A stretch of DNA of 23,812 nucleotides, taken from assembly GCA_043822705.1 (NCBI GenBank), contig JBDRBK010000057.1:1-23812 (forward strand), in the 5' to 3' direction. Below the pieces are notes generated by a model. The model was not told where the DNA came from, did no database searches, and was given only the letters and a program-made list of their open reading frames with translations. Made by a program: the position numbers and the translations under genes. Positions 1-12,213 of the stretch are shown piece after piece (within the stretch, counting starts at the first letter, position 1; the number at the start of each line of letters is the position of its first letter). The stretch is from Fidelibacterota bacterium. GTDB taxonomy: Bacteria; Fidelibacterota; Marinisomatia; Marinisomatales; TCS56.

Positions 1-73
1 TTTCACCGCGAATTGCTTCAAGGGCAATCTTGAACTTTAGCTCCTTTGTACGACGAATACGTTTTGATCCCAT
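1..73 (-). CDS. IS3-family transposase OrfA / HTH protein, N-terminal fragment (partial)
   Basis: Manual translation from ATG at 73: MGSKRIRRTKELKFKIALEAIRGE..., matching the 'R..EFKAKVALEA.RGE' start typical of IS3 OrfA. Not in the ORF track. Confidence 0.65.
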   Translation of the reverse strand, partial: MGSKRIRRTKELKFKIALEAIRGE

Positions 74-140
74 CTTATTTCCCTTTATTCGGCCTGTTCA
101 GCAAACTTATACTGCTGTCCGAATTTTGGGGTCCATTATA
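1..140 (-). mobile_element. Left end of an IS3-family insertion sequence (truncated by window edge)
   Basis: Minus strand from 140 reads TATAATGGACCCCAAAATTCGGACAG, resembling IS3-family terminal IRs, and is followed by a transposase OrfA-like start at 73. Confidence 0.6.
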
Positions 141-254
141 GATTGCCGTCTTCAATTGAAAAAATGCCGCGCTATCGAATACTTTTACCAAATTAATAAG
201 CGGACCGTCGCACCCGAAATTGACCGCTGTCCTAATCCGGCTTAAATTTTACTT

Positions 255-638
255 ATGCGATAAAAGAATAAACAGATTATCGTCGTCGGTGACCGGGTGC
301 TGATCCGTCCCGACGAAGGCGAGCGCAAATCGGCCGCCGGGCTGTATCTGCCACCCAGCGTCCTGGAAAAACAGGAGGTCCGTGGTGGGGTGGTGGTCGA
401 GGTGGGGCCGGGCATTCCACTAGGGCACCCCGATGATAGCGGACGCGAACCCTGGGAAACGAACCAGGAATTACGGGCGGTGAAATATATCCCGACCCAG
501 GCGGAAACCGGCGATTACGCCCTGTTCCTGAACAAGGCGGCGATCGAGGTCAAGTTCGAGGATACCAACTACCTGATCGTGCCACAGTCGGCGATCATGG
601 TGCTGATCCGTGACGATCTGACCGGTCCGGCTGATTAG
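255..638 (+). CDS. GroES/Cpn10-family co-chaperonin-like protein (in-frame TAA at 261-263; ORF track starts at 297)
   Basis: IIVVGDRVLIRP, AAGLYLP, GVVVEVGPG and YLIV..SAI motifs of Cpn10. ATG at 255 is in frame but codon 3 is TAA. No groEL next to it. Confidence 0.8.
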
Positions 639-644
639 ACCGGG

Positions 645-1355
645 CTATTTCACTGCTCCGGTATTAGGCGGGCCGTCCCAAACCAGGGGATAGATCGTCT
701 CGCCGAATATTCCGACACCGGCGGCGTGGAATTTCCGTAGATCGTCAGCACCGATCGGTGCCGCCGCCGTCGTGCCGTCGGTAGTATCGCCGAAATAATT
801 CTTGCCGTACTGGTCGATCGACAACTGATGGCGAACGATCCGCACCGGGTGGGCGCCGGCTTTCAGCGCGGCCACCATATCGCTGTCGGAATCGCCGAAA
901 TACAGGTCGATTCCGAGCTTTTTCAGCCGCCGGTGCTTTGATGTATAGCGGTAGCCGCCCACTGCTTCCTTGGGGTCGAAAAACAGGTTAATATCCTTTT
1001 TTACCGTGAATCCAAGCAGGTCACTGAGAAAGACCGCCAGACTGTCGCCGTTGCCGCCCGCGCGGGCGGTAATGAAAAACACCTCGTGACCATGCGCCCG
1101 GTAAAATTCGATCAACTCGATAACCGGGGTAATCGGCAGTGAATATTCCCGGTCGTGGGTATTGACCCAGCCGAAATCGATCGGACTCACCTTATCCGCC
1201 GGCAGGTTATCAAATATATCGCGGCTGAACAATACCGTATCGTCGATATCGAAACCGACCCGCAGGCGGCCTGACTCCCGGTCGGTGCTGCAACCGACAA
1301 TCAAAAAGGTGAGTACAAGCATTAATATTGGGCGGTGAAGGCGCGGTAAAATCAT
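645..1355 (-). CDS. Class B acid phosphatase (AphA-like, HAD superfamily) lipoprotein
   Basis: VGFDIDDTVLFS motif I, FFITAR motif II, YFGDSDSD motif IV; lipobox-like LIVGC. Confidence 0.8.
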   Translation of the reverse strand: MILPRLHRPILMLVLTFLIVGCSTDRESGRLRVGFDIDDTVLFSRDIFDNLPADKVSPIDFGWVNTHDREYSLPITPVIELIEFYRAHGHEVFFITARAGGNGDSLAVFLSDLLGFTVKKDINLFFDPKEAVGGYRYTSKHRRLKKLGIDLYFGDSDSDMVAALKAGAHPVRIVRHQLSIDQYGKNYFGDTTDGTTAAAPIGADDLRKFHAAGVGIFGETIYPLVWDGPPNTGAVK

Positions 1356-1410
1356 TTCCGATTGTCCTTGTTTTATGCGGAATTTATGATCGCCTCAGAA
1401 CAAAAATAGA

Positions 1411-2544
1411 ATGAATAAAGCCGGTATCTACATCCATATCCCTTTTTGCCTGCGCAAATGCGGCTACTGTGATTTTTATTCCGTTGCCGGCCAACAGGAG
1501 TTGATTCCCCGGTTTATTAAAAGTCTGATTAGAGAAATAGACTACAGTCAGGCGCTTGCTGCCGAAACCAGGTTTGATACGCTGTTTTTCGGCGGCGGCA
1601 CTCCCAGCCTGCTGGAACCGCACAGTCTGGCGGCGGTGCTGGACGCTCTGGCCGAAAAATTCGACCTGACTGCCGTTACCGAAATCTCCCTGGAAGCCAA
1701 TCCGGGTACGGTCACGCCGGAAAAATTGCAGGCTTATCGAAAACTTGGTATCAACCGGCTGTCATTGGGTATCCAGTCCTTCGATCAGGACAATTTGAAA
1801 TTCCTGCACCGGATTCATTCCGCCGCTGACGGCTTGGCGGCAATCGCGGCGGCCCGTACCGCCGGCTTCGCCAATATCAGTTGCGACCTGATTTTCGGCC
1901 TGCCCGGTCAGGACTGGAACCTGTTCCGGCGGGACCTGGAAACAGTCTGCGAACTGGAGCCGGAGCATCTATCCTGTTATTCATTGACGGTCGAGCAGGG
2001 AACCGACCTGTACTGGCAGGTATTTTCAGACCGGATCAAATTGCCCGGGGAAGAAGTGGTAGTCGAGATTTACCAGCGCACGCGCGAGTATTTGGCGGAG
2101 CGGGGCTATGCTAAATATGAGGTCTCCAATTACAGCCGTCCCGGCTTCGAGTGCCGGCACAACCTGCATTATTGGAACATCGAACCCTACCTGGGATTCG
2201 GCCCTTCGGCCCATAGTTTCGACGGCCGGCGGCGCTGGTGGAATTTCAGTGATTTGAATCTTTATCTGGCAAATATGAAATCGCGGCTGTCGCCGATAAA
2301 AGCTACCGAAATCCTGACGGAACCGGAAATAACCAACGAACGTGTCGGCTTCGGCCTGCGCCTGGTCCGCGGTTTCGATCCGATCGAAATCAGCAGTGAA
2401 TTGCAAACGCCCCTGCGGTCCAACATCGATTTATGCCGGCGCAAGTGGCCGGATTGCCTGGAAATTTCAAACGGCCGGGTCCGGTTGACCGCCAAAGGCT
2501 TCCTGTTTGCCGATGCGATCGCCGTCGATCTGATGGTCACTTGA
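1411..2544 (+). CDS. hemW: Radical SAM heme chaperone HemW (HemN-like)
   Basis: YIHIPFCLRKCGYCDF (CX3CX2C), FFGGGTPS, YEVSNY, HNLHYW. Confidence 0.9.
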   Translation: MNKAGIYIHIPFCLRKCGYCDFYSVAGQQELIPRFIKSLIREIDYSQALAAETRFDTLFFGGGTPSLLEPHSLAAVLDALAEKFDLTAVTEISLEANPGTVTPEKLQAYRKLGINRLSLGIQSFDQDNLKFLHRIHSAADGLAAIAAARTAGFANISCDLIFGLPGQDWNLFRRDLETVCELEPEHLSCYSLTVEQGTDLYWQVFSDRIKLPGEEVVVEIYQRTREYLAERGYAKYEVSNYSRPGFECRHNLHYWNIEPYLGFGPSAHSFDGRRRWWNFSDLNLYLANMKSRLSPIKATEILTEPEITNERVGFGLRLVRGFDPIEISSELQTPLRSNIDLCRRKWPDCLEISNGRVRLTAKGFLFADAIAVDLMVT

Positions 2545-2603
2545 AGCGGTACGTCAATTTTTCATTTGACCGGCGGCAGCTTGGCGATAATTTGCATCCG
2601 CCC

Positions 2604-4850
2604 ATGAATCGAATTATTCGGATATTATTTTTCCTGATTTTCTGCGGCTCGATCGTCGCCGGCGGCGAGCTGTATCAATCCGTGCGGATCGCCGATCCGT
2701 CGCCGGAACTGGCGGAAAGGCTGCTCCGGCTGGGAATTCCCCTGGATGAAATGACCGTCAAACCGGGCGTCTACTGGGAAATGGTGCTGCCGGAGCGACA
2801 GGTGCGGGACCTGGACCAAGCCGGGATTGCCTATCGGATCATTGTGGACGATGTCGCGCGTCTGATCCGGGACCGGGCGGCCGCCGTGCCGCGGGCAATG
2901 CAACCGGGATCGATGCTGGGTTATTATACTTATGCGGAAGTTCTGGCCAGAATTGACACATTGCAGGCGCATTTCCCCGCCCTGGTTTCACAGCGTGACA
3001 GTATTGGCAAAACGACCCAGGGCCGGCCGATCTGGGCCTTCAAGATTTCCGACAATCCCCAAATTGACGAGCCGGAACCGGAGGTGCTGTACACCGGCCT
3101 GATCCATGCCCGCGAACCGATCGGAATGATGAACCTGTTGTATTTCGCCGAGTATCTGTGTGAAAATTATTCCATTGATCCCGTCGCTACATATCTGGTG
3201 CAAGGGCGGGAAATGTGGTTCGTTCCGGTGGTCAACCCGGATGGTTACCTGTATAACCAGTCCGTCTGGAGTAATGACCCGGACCACGATCCAGGCATGC
3301 ACCGTAAAAACCGCCGTGACACCGGCTGCGACGACAGTTCCGAGTGGGGGGTGGACCTGAACCGCAATTTCAGTTACGATTGGGGTGTGCACAGTTCTTC
3401 CACCGATCCCTGCAGCGAATTGTATTGCGGTCTGGCTGCATTTTCAGAACCGGAAACACAGGCACTGCGAAACTTCATTTTGAACCATTCCTTCAGTAAC
3501 GCCCTGCATTATCATGCTTTCGGCAACGTCATCGTGCATTCCTACGGCGATGATAGCCTGCCCCCGGAACCGGACCTGACGACCCTGCGGGAAATCGGGT
3601 CTGAACTGGCGCGCTTCAACGGCTATGCGGTGGGGATCGGCGCCGAAATCGGCATGTACAAAGTCAGCGGCGATGCGGTGGACTGGTCTTACGGCGTGGC
3701 CGGACTGATTTCGTACACGACCGAAATCGGTGCGTCCAGTGATTATTTCTGGCCCGCTCCCGACCGCATTCTGCCGCTCTGCCGCGATCAGTTGCATTCC
3801 AATCTTGTTTTCGCTCAGGTGGCGGGCGCCGATTACACAATTTGCAATATTGAACCGACCGATTTACGGCCGCGGGCGCCGGCAATGGTCAACCTTGACT
3901 TAAAGATTCAGAACCGGGGCCTGTGGGATTCGGACGGTGTGGTGACCATCGGACTGAAGGCGCTCAACCAGCACTGCACACCGACACCGGGCGGTCCGAC
4001 CGCTACCGCCCTGGGGGCGCGTCAGGATTACCTTTTGCCCCTGCAACTGGCGATCGATCCGCAAATCCCCGATGGCACCGTCACCGGTGTGGTAGTCAGT
4101 CTGCGGGATGCCTCCAGTTTTGCCCGGACCGATACCATTACATTCGTCGTCGGCGAATATTACCCGTATTTCAGCGATGATGCCGAATTTGGGCCGGGCC
4201 GCTGGTCGGCCTCCGCCGGCTGGGACGTATCGACGCAGGCGCGAACCGGCCAGTTCGCCTTCAGCGACAGCCCGCTCGGCAATTATTCAGCCAATGCGAC
4301 TGCGCTGTTCACGCTGCGGGGAGCGCTGGATTTTTCCCGGCTGGCGCAGCCCTTCGTGACTTTTCAGGCCCGCTGGCAGGTGGAAAAGGATTGGGATTTC
4401 GTGCGATTCCAGGCTTCCCGCGACAGCAGCACCTGGATTTCGCTGGCCGGTGAGCATACGGTCTACGGCAGCGGCCTGGGCCGGCAGAGATCCGGGGAGC
4501 CGGGCTGGGAGGGAAGTCAGGAGGAATGGATTCAGGAAACCATCGATCTGGCGGCTTTTGCCGGCGCCAAACAGGTATTTCTGCGCTTCATCCTGACCAG
4601 TGACAACGAGGCTGACTATGATGGTTTTTCCTTCGATGATTTTAACCTTTACTATTATCCGGGCTGCCGGCCCGGCGATCTGGTGCTGGATGGGACGATA
4701 AATATTCAGGATCTGTTGATGCTGATTGATATTATGGAAAAAGCGCCGGAAATTCCGCCTTCCCGGTTTAAGGCCGGCGACATGAATCGTGACGGACAAT
4801 TAAATGAAACTGATATCCAGCTGCTGGTGGCAGCGATCGGCGGTGAATAA
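2604..4850 (+). CDS. Secreted M14 zinc carboxypeptidase with a jelly-roll/InhA-like domain and C-terminal dockerin-type repeat
   Basis: Likely start MNRIIRILFF (signal peptide) at 2604. HARE, RKN, DLNRNF, HYHAFG and TTEIG M14 motifs. GDLVLDGTINIQD / GDMNRDGQLNETD duplicated dockerin-like loops. Confidence 0.85.
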   Translation: MNRIIRILFFLIFCGSIVAGGELYQSVRIADPSPELAERLLRLGIPLDEMTVKPGVYWEMVLPERQVRDLDQAGIAYRIIVDDVARLIRDRAAAVPRAMQPGSMLGYYTYAEVLARIDTLQAHFPALVSQRDSIGKTTQGRPIWAFKISDNPQIDEPEPEVLYTGLIHAREPIGMMNLLYFAEYLCENYSIDPVATYLVQGREMWFVPVVNPDGYLYNQSVWSNDPDHDPGMHRKNRRDTGCDDSSEWGVDLNRNFSYDWGVHSSSTDPCSELYCGLAAFSEPETQALRNFILNHSFSNALHYHAFGNVIVHSYGDDSLPPEPDLTTLREIGSELARFNGYAVGIGAEIGMYKVSGDAVDWSYGVAGLISYTTEIGASSDYFWPAPDRILPLCRDQLHSNLVFAQVAGADYTICNIEPTDLRPRAPAMVNLDLKIQNRGLWDSDGVVTIGLKALNQHCTPTPGGPTATALGARQDYLLPLQLAIDPQIPDGTVTGVVVSLRDASSFARTDTITFVVGEYYPYFSDDAEFGPGRWSASAGWDVSTQARTGQFAFSDSPLGNYSANATALFTLRGALDFSRLAQPFVTFQARWQVEKDWDFVRFQASRDSSTWISLAGEHTVYGSGLGRQRSGEPGWEGSQEEWIQETIDLAAFAGAKQVFLRFILTSDNEADYDGFSFDDFNLYYYPGCRPGDLVLDGTINIQDLLMLIDIMEKAPEIPPSRFKAGDMNRDGQLNETDIQLLVAAIGGE

Positions 4851-4851
4851 T

Positions 4852-6546
4852 ATGCTGCGCACACTGTTGATCGGGGCAATATTCTGTACCCTGCTGCCGG
4901 GTGCAACCGGACTGAACCGGGAATTATTGACCACACCGCGGCAGGCGGATGGAACGGTCAAGGCCTGGATTTATTTTGCCGATAAGGGCCCGGAAGACCG
5001 GGCACGGTCGGTTGAGGGCAGCGGTTTGACCCAGCGGGCGCTGGCCCGCCGCAGCAAGGTAATGAATGCCCGGCTGATCACCGAGCAGGACGTACCAGTC
5101 CGGTCCGATTATATCGCCACCCTGAAAAATTCGAGCGCGAAAATCCGCACCGTCAGCAAGTGGCTGAATGCCTGTTCGGTGGAAGCAGACTTGGAACAAC
5201 TAGAACGACTTGCCGCGTTGCCCTTTGTGGCCGATATCCGGCCGCTCCGCTCCGCAAGGCGCCGGCCGCAGCAGGAATACCAGCCGGTGACGGTCCCGTC
5301 GCCGACCGCCCGGCGCACGACCCTGGATTACGGCTACGCCCAGGGCCAGATCGAACAGATCAACGCCCACACCGCCCACGAGAATGGCTATTTCGGCGCC
5401 GGTGTGCTGATACTGATTCTGGACACCGGTTATTCTCTGGAACACCCGGTGTTTGATTCGCTGGATATCGTAGCTCAATATGATTTTGTCCAGAAAGACT
5501 CCAACACCGCCAATGAAACCGGTGATGTACCCAGCCAGGAGATCCATGGCACCCAGGTATTTTCGGTGCTCGGCGGCTATGCCCCGGGCAGCCTGATCGG
5601 TCCCGCCTTTGAGTCCAGCTACCTGCTGGCGAAGACCGAAGACGATGGGTCCGAAACACCGGTCGAAGAAGATTATTTTGTCGCCGGGCTGGAATGGGGC
5701 GAAAACCTGGGCGCCGATGTCATGTCCACCGCGCTGGGCTACCTGGACTGGTATGAGTACAGCGACATGGACGGGCAGACGGCGGTGACCACGGTGGCCG
5801 TCAATATCGCCACCAGTTACGGCATGCTTTGTGTCACCAGCGCCGGGAATGAGGCAGCGGCTGCCTGGCATTACATCACCGCGCCCGCCGACGCGCCCGG
5901 CATCCTCAGCGTCGGGGCGGTGGATGCGGCCGGACAAATTGCCTCTTTTAGTTCCCGGGGACCAACCTACGACGGCCGGATCAAGCCCGAAGTCTGCGCC
6001 CGCGGCTTCGCGACGGCCGGCTTCACGCCCGCTAAAACACCGTTCTACACGACCACGCTGACGGGGACATCCTATGCCTCGCCGCTGGTGAGCGGGGCGG
6101 CGGCGATCATTCTGAGCGCTCACCCGGACTGGACGCCACGCATGGTGCGCGAGGCGCTGATGAAAACCGCCGACAGCGCCGCAACCCCCGATACGATCTA
6201 CGGCTACGGCGTCATCGACGTCTGGGCCGCCATCAATTTCACCGATTTCACCGATACTATCGATCCTGTCCCGCTGTCGCAGAATTTTCGCCTGCTGCCG
6301 GCCTGGCCCAATCCGTTCAATGCCGTTACCAATATCAGTCTGGTCATGCTTGAAGGCGGTCAGGTCGAACTGGAGGTATTCAATCTATTGGGCCAGCGGG
6401 TGGCAGTCCTGCACAGCGGCTATCTCATCAGCGATATCCACACCTTCACCTGGCGGGTCGGGGAAAGACATGCCTCGGGCATCTATTGGGTACGCGCCCG
6501 CCAGGGTGACCGGCAGGCCTCACAAAAGCTGCTGTTGCTAAAATAG
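4852..6546 (+). CDS. Secreted S8 (subtilisin-like) serine peptidase with T9SS-type C-terminal sorting domain
   Basis: Catalytic ILDTG, HGT, SAGN and GTSYASP motifs; C-terminal WPNPFN...SGIYWV...KLLLLK; ATG at 4852 gives a signal peptide. Confidence 0.9.
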   Translation: MLRTLLIGAIFCTLLPGATGLNRELLTTPRQADGTVKAWIYFADKGPEDRARSVEGSGLTQRALARRSKVMNARLITEQDVPVRSDYIATLKNSSAKIRTVSKWLNACSVEADLEQLERLAALPFVADIRPLRSARRRPQQEYQPVTVPSPTARRTTLDYGYAQGQIEQINAHTAHENGYFGAGVLILILDTGYSLEHPVFDSLDIVAQYDFVQKDSNTANETGDVPSQEIHGTQVFSVLGGYAPGSLIGPAFESSYLLAKTEDDGSETPVEEDYFVAGLEWGENLGADVMSTALGYLDWYEYSDMDGQTAVTTVAVNIATSYGMLCVTSAGNEAAAAWHYITAPADAPGILSVGAVDAAGQIASFSSRGPTYDGRIKPEVCARGFATAGFTPAKTPFYTTTLTGTSYASPLVSGAAAIILSAHPDWTPRMVREALMKTADSAATPDTIYGYGVIDVWAAINFTDFTDTIDPVPLSQNFRLLPAWPNPFNAVTNISLVMLEGGQVELEVFNLLGQRVAVLHSGYLISDIHTFTWRVGERHASGIYWVRARQGDRQASQKLLLLK

Positions 6547-6622
6547 ACAGTGGATTTTCATTTTATTACTTGCGATATTAGCTCCTGACTTTCATATTGT
6601 AAGCAGTCAGATTACTTCCTTT

Positions 6623-8431
6623 ATGTCAAAATCGATTCAGATAAAACTGTTGCTGGCACTGCTGACCCTGTCAATGCCGGTTATGGGGCAGATGCCCGAC
6701 TCGGCTGCCGTCCCGTTCGTGCTGCCGTTGGAGGTCTACGGCGGCAGTGGAACGATCCTGCTGGCCTGGTCGTTGCCGGACTCCAGTGCCGTCTTTACCA
6801 CGCGGATTTACCGCAGCAGCGCCCCCGACAGCGGCTTCGACCTGCTGGCCGATATCGCCGGCCAACCGGATCGTTATCTGGATCAGACGATAATTCCTGA
6901 ACAGCATTATTTTTACCGGGTGGAGGTCGATCTGCTCGACGGCGTCACGCTCTACAGTTCGCTGGACACGCCGCCGTTTACCAGCGCCGGGGAAGTGCTG
7001 ACGACCCACGCAGGTACCGATTCACTGCCGGCCGGCGATCCGTCGGCCCTGGCGGAATTTTTACTTGGCCGGCTTTTACCACAGCAGCTGACGCGCTGGT
7101 TCCCAAGTGTCGATAGCGCCGGGATCGCCCAGGTTACGGATTTCCTGACGACTCCCGAAACCGATTACAGACTCTGGTTTGACAAATTTACGCTGGCGAA
7201 TTTTTCCGCTTTCACCCCCCTGAATGCGCTTGCCTTCGCGGAACAGTTCAGCACCGCCTTCAGTGCTAAAATCGACACGCTGGCCTTCGGACTGAGCAAC
7301 CGTCTGCTGCTGACGCCGGACGAATGGAATGCGACTGCCAGCGGCGTAATGATCGCCATCAGCGAGCGCCTGCGGTCACTGTCCGATCACTACCGCTCGG
7401 CGGAATCGCAGATTGCCGGTTTCGATCCGTTGCGGATCATCGGCGCCTGGACCGACTCCACCGGAAATTATCGGGTCGAGTACCTGGTGCTGCAGCCGCA
7501 ACTGCTGGCCGGGCAGAATCCGGCCTTGACGATCGGCGGCCAGAGATTCGCCCTGGCACTGCCGGAACAACTGTCCATCGGTTACCGCGATACGCTCGCG
7601 TTGCCAGTCAGTGGCGAATGGTGTGCCCTGGAACTGGATGGTCAAGTTGTGCAACGGTTTCCCCTGGTGGCGGATAGAATCGCCTTCACCTGTTCGCTGG
7701 ACGGCGAATATGTTCTGACCGAACAGCCGTTCTGGGACGAAGCATTGTTTTACCGGACGCGCAGCCGGTTGTATATCAACGAATTGAATTATCGCGTCAG
7801 CGAAGGACGCCTGGCGGTCGAAATCCATGGTGCCGCCGATACCACCAGCAGCTATGGATTGCTGCTGAACGACAGTCTAATCGCCGCGATTTCCGGGAAA
7901 AATGGCAGTACCCCGTACCGCATTTATCGTTTGCCCACCGACGGTCTGGAATCGGCCGGCTGGCTGTCGCTGGCGGAATTACAGTCTGATTCCACCTGGG
8001 TGGTGCTGGAGAGCCGGTCTTTCGATCCGCGGCAGAATTTGTATGCAGCGCGGATTCCCGATGGTGGAAACTGGGTCGTCACATCATTCGCCACGCTGGG
8101 CAAGGCCAACGATCTGACCCGCACCCGCGGAGCCGAGATCACGATCCCGGAAGTATTCGCACTGTACCAGAATTATCCCAATCCCTTCAACGCCACGACG
8201 ACGATCGCGTTCGACCTGCTGCGCCCTGCCCTGGTATCCCTGTTCATCACCGATGCCACCGGGCGTAAGATCGATATTTTCATGGAGAACCTCCAGACCG
8301 AACCGGGTCATTTTCAATTCGCCTGGGACGGGCGGCGCTATTCCAGCGGTGTCTATTTCTTCACCCTCCAGGCCCAACTGAATGATTTCCTACCGATGAC
8401 TTTCAGCCGCAAGATGATCTTTCTGAAATAA
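6623..8431 (+). CDS. Secreted protein with FN3-like N-terminal region and T9SS-type C-terminal sorting domain
   Basis: Signal peptide; LAW...IYRS...YLD...YFYRV FN3-like pattern; LYQNYPNPFN...SSGVYF...KMIFLK C-terminal domain. Confidence 0.75.
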   Translation: MSKSIQIKLLLALLTLSMPVMGQMPDSAAVPFVLPLEVYGGSGTILLAWSLPDSSAVFTTRIYRSSAPDSGFDLLADIAGQPDRYLDQTIIPEQHYFYRVEVDLLDGVTLYSSLDTPPFTSAGEVLTTHAGTDSLPAGDPSALAEFLLGRLLPQQLTRWFPSVDSAGIAQVTDFLTTPETDYRLWFDKFTLANFSAFTPLNALAFAEQFSTAFSAKIDTLAFGLSNRLLLTPDEWNATASGVMIAISERLRSLSDHYRSAESQIAGFDPLRIIGAWTDSTGNYRVEYLVLQPQLLAGQNPALTIGGQRFALALPEQLSIGYRDTLALPVSGEWCALELDGQVVQRFPLVADRIAFTCSLDGEYVLTEQPFWDEALFYRTRSRLYINELNYRVSEGRLAVEIHGAADTTSSYGLLLNDSLIAAISGKNGSTPYRIYRLPTDGLESAGWLSLAELQSDSTWVVLESRSFDPRQNLYAARIPDGGNWVVTSFATLGKANDLTRTRGAEITIPEVFALYQNYPNPFNATTTIAFDLLRPALVSLFITDATGRKIDIFMENLQTEPGHFQFAWDGRRYSSGVYFFTLQAQLNDFLPMTFSRKMIFLK

Positions 8432-8512
8432 ACCGCCGCCGGCCGGATCAGCGGTTTGGATAATAGTGCGACAATTCTTGACTTATATTAGTCGGCAGGC
8501 TCATTTTCAGAC

Positions 8513-9202
8513 ATGATTCGCCGCATCTCTGCGCTGCTCCTGATACTGTTTTGGGCCGGTTGCTCGACCCATCCGACCGTGCCGGTCAACCGGATCAAGG
8601 CCGGTGAAAAGCAGTCCGGCTACTCTTTTTCCCTGGAAAATGTCTTCCCCTATTACTGGTACCAGATCGGTATTTCCGATCAGACCAGCCTGGGCCTGCG
8701 GCTGGGATTGCCGGTCTACGGCACCGGCGTCGATTGGAGCCGGGTCCTGTTCGAGCGCGAGGATCGCTGGGACCTGCTGAACCTGAGCTGGTCGCTGAAT
8801 CACAATCCCAATTTCGATTTTACCTATTATAAGATTAAATCCCGGCCGGCGGCCACCGGCAAGCGCACCACCTACTGGATCGGATTCCGCGGCATGTATA
8901 TTCCCCAGGGGATCAGCGGTAACACCAGCACCCGGATCGGACTGGTGCTGGGCACGACCTTTGGCCGGCGGCTGGCCCTGGAACTGGGCTACTGCCATGA
9001 TTTCGCCGCGATGCCGATCGGCGCCGTGTTTTCGCCCAGCTGGGATAACGAAAGCGCCGCAAATATCAGCCGCTACGGCGATAAACCGCCGATATCGCCG
9101 GCGGGAATGCCGTCGGAATATTCGCGGCTGACCGGTATCTCGGTCAAATTTTCCCTGGCGATTCCCGGTAAATCGGCAGCGGCCGGGGCGACCGGCAATT
9201 AG
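8513..9202 (+). CDS. Hypothetical lipoprotein, possibly beta-strand-rich outer-membrane protein
   Basis: Lipobox FWAGC; alternating aromatic/hydrophobic strands; co-oriented with neighbours. Confidence 0.65.
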   Translation: MIRRISALLLILFWAGCSTHPTVPVNRIKAGEKQSGYSFSLENVFPYYWYQIGISDQTSLGLRLGLPVYGTGVDWSRVLFEREDRWDLLNLSWSLNHNPNFDFTYYKIKSRPAATGKRTTYWIGFRGMYIPQGISGNTSTRIGLVLGTTFGRRLALELGYCHDFAAMPIGAVFSPSWDNESAANISRYGDKPPISPAGMPSEYSRLTGISVKFSLAIPGKSAAAGATGN

Positions 9203-9268
9203 CTGCATTAGTCCGGGCCGCGCTTGATTATGGCGGCTGCGGAATTCTAAATTCCGGCGAAAGGGATC

Positions 9269-9745
9269 ATGAAAATCAGTGACCGTAAGACGATTCTGCG
9301 AAAAATTCCCTATGGTTTGTACATCCTCACCGCACCGGCAACGGGCGGTCCGGCCGCCGCTCTGGTTTCTTTCGTGACCCAGTCCTCAATCGACCCGCCG
9401 CTGCTGGCAGTCGCCCTGAAAACCGACTCGGCCGCGTTCGCCGCCGTCAGTTCATCCCGGCAATTCGCCCTGCATTTTATCGGCCGGGAGCAGCAGACCC
9501 TGGCGGCGGATTTTATCAAAATCAAGAATTTCGACGGGCACCGGATCAACGGCTACGAATATGCCATCAGCCGGCGCCGCAACCTGTTGCTGACCGACAG
9601 CCCGATGGTGCTGGAACTGGAACTGCGCCAGATCGCCGCAATCGGTGACCACCATTTGTTCATCGGCGAAGTGCTGGAAACCCACCTGCGCCGCAATTGT
9701 GAAATCCTTACCATGAATCAAACCAACTGGCATTACGGGGGATAA
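9269..9745 (+). CDS. Flavin reductase-like (DIM6/NTAB) FMN-binding protein
   Basis: IPYGLYILT, QSSIDPPLLAV and GDHHLFIGEV motifs. Confidence 0.88.
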   Translation: MKISDRKTILRKIPYGLYILTAPATGGPAAALVSFVTQSSIDPPLLAVALKTDSAAFAAVSSSRQFALHFIGREQQTLAADFIKIKNFDGHRINGYEYAISRRRNLLLTDSPMVLELELRQIAAIGDHHLFIGEVLETHLRRNCEILTMNQTNWHYGG

Positions 9746-9747
9746 TC

Positions 9748-11754
<2,007 letters not shown>

Positions 11755-11853
11755 TTAGACCACGGAATACACCCGCCTGCGCTTCTTCGGCGGGCAGGCG
11801 GAATAACACGGAAGAAGAATATAATATTTAAAATTCTGAAAATCGATACTAAT

Positions 11854-11949
11854 TGTCATGCTGAGCGTAGCGAAGTATCTCTGGTAATAGTTGGTTTACA
11901 AAGCATAGGCCAGAGATTCTTCAACCGACAAGTCGGTTTCAGAATGACA
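11854..11949. repeat. REP-like palindromic element (TGTCAT-CTGAG...GAAG family)
   Basis: Nested inverted matches tgtcat/atgaca, ctga/tcag, gaag/cttc, atctctgg/ccagagat; related copies at 15039, 16284 and 20352. Confidence 0.75.
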
Positions 11950-11996
11950 GGGAGTTGAGGTATGGGGTTTTTCTTACTTTAATTGAGGTACAAACC

Positions 11997-12178
11997 TTCT
12001 GCGCCACCATGATCAGCGACGGCCTCAAGGATACCGGCCTGGCGGAGAATACGGCCTCGAAAGATATCGCGGAATATGTGGCTCAGGCACTGGGGTAGTT
12101 TAGACTACGGAATACACCCGCCTGCGCTTCGGCTTCGGCGGGCAGGCTGAATAACACGGCATAAGAAAATAATATTTA
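11997..12178 (+). pseudogene. Direct repeat copy 2: orphan, diverged 3' fragment of the oxidoreductase gene plus downstream hairpin
   Basis: 11997-12098 translates FCATMISDGLKDTGLAENTASKDIAEYVAQALG* versus FCATMISDGLKDTGLAETTTSKDIAEYVAQVLG* in the intact gene. Confidence 0.9.
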
Positions 12179-12180
12179 TT

Positions 12181-12207
12181 GTAGGGGCACGGTACGCCGT
12201 GCCCCTA
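12181..12207. repeat. GTAG-type REP hairpin, may also terminate the TIR operon
   Basis: GTAGGGGCACGG-TACG-CCGTGCCCCTA, 11-bp perfect stem, 6 nt beyond the stop of the 270-aa gene. Confidence 0.75.
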
Positions 12208-12213
12208 ATCATA

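Noticed and set aside
30..245. 71-aa plus-strand ORF
   Set aside because: Antisense to the IS3-like OrfA start and crosses the IS end; no recognisable motif.
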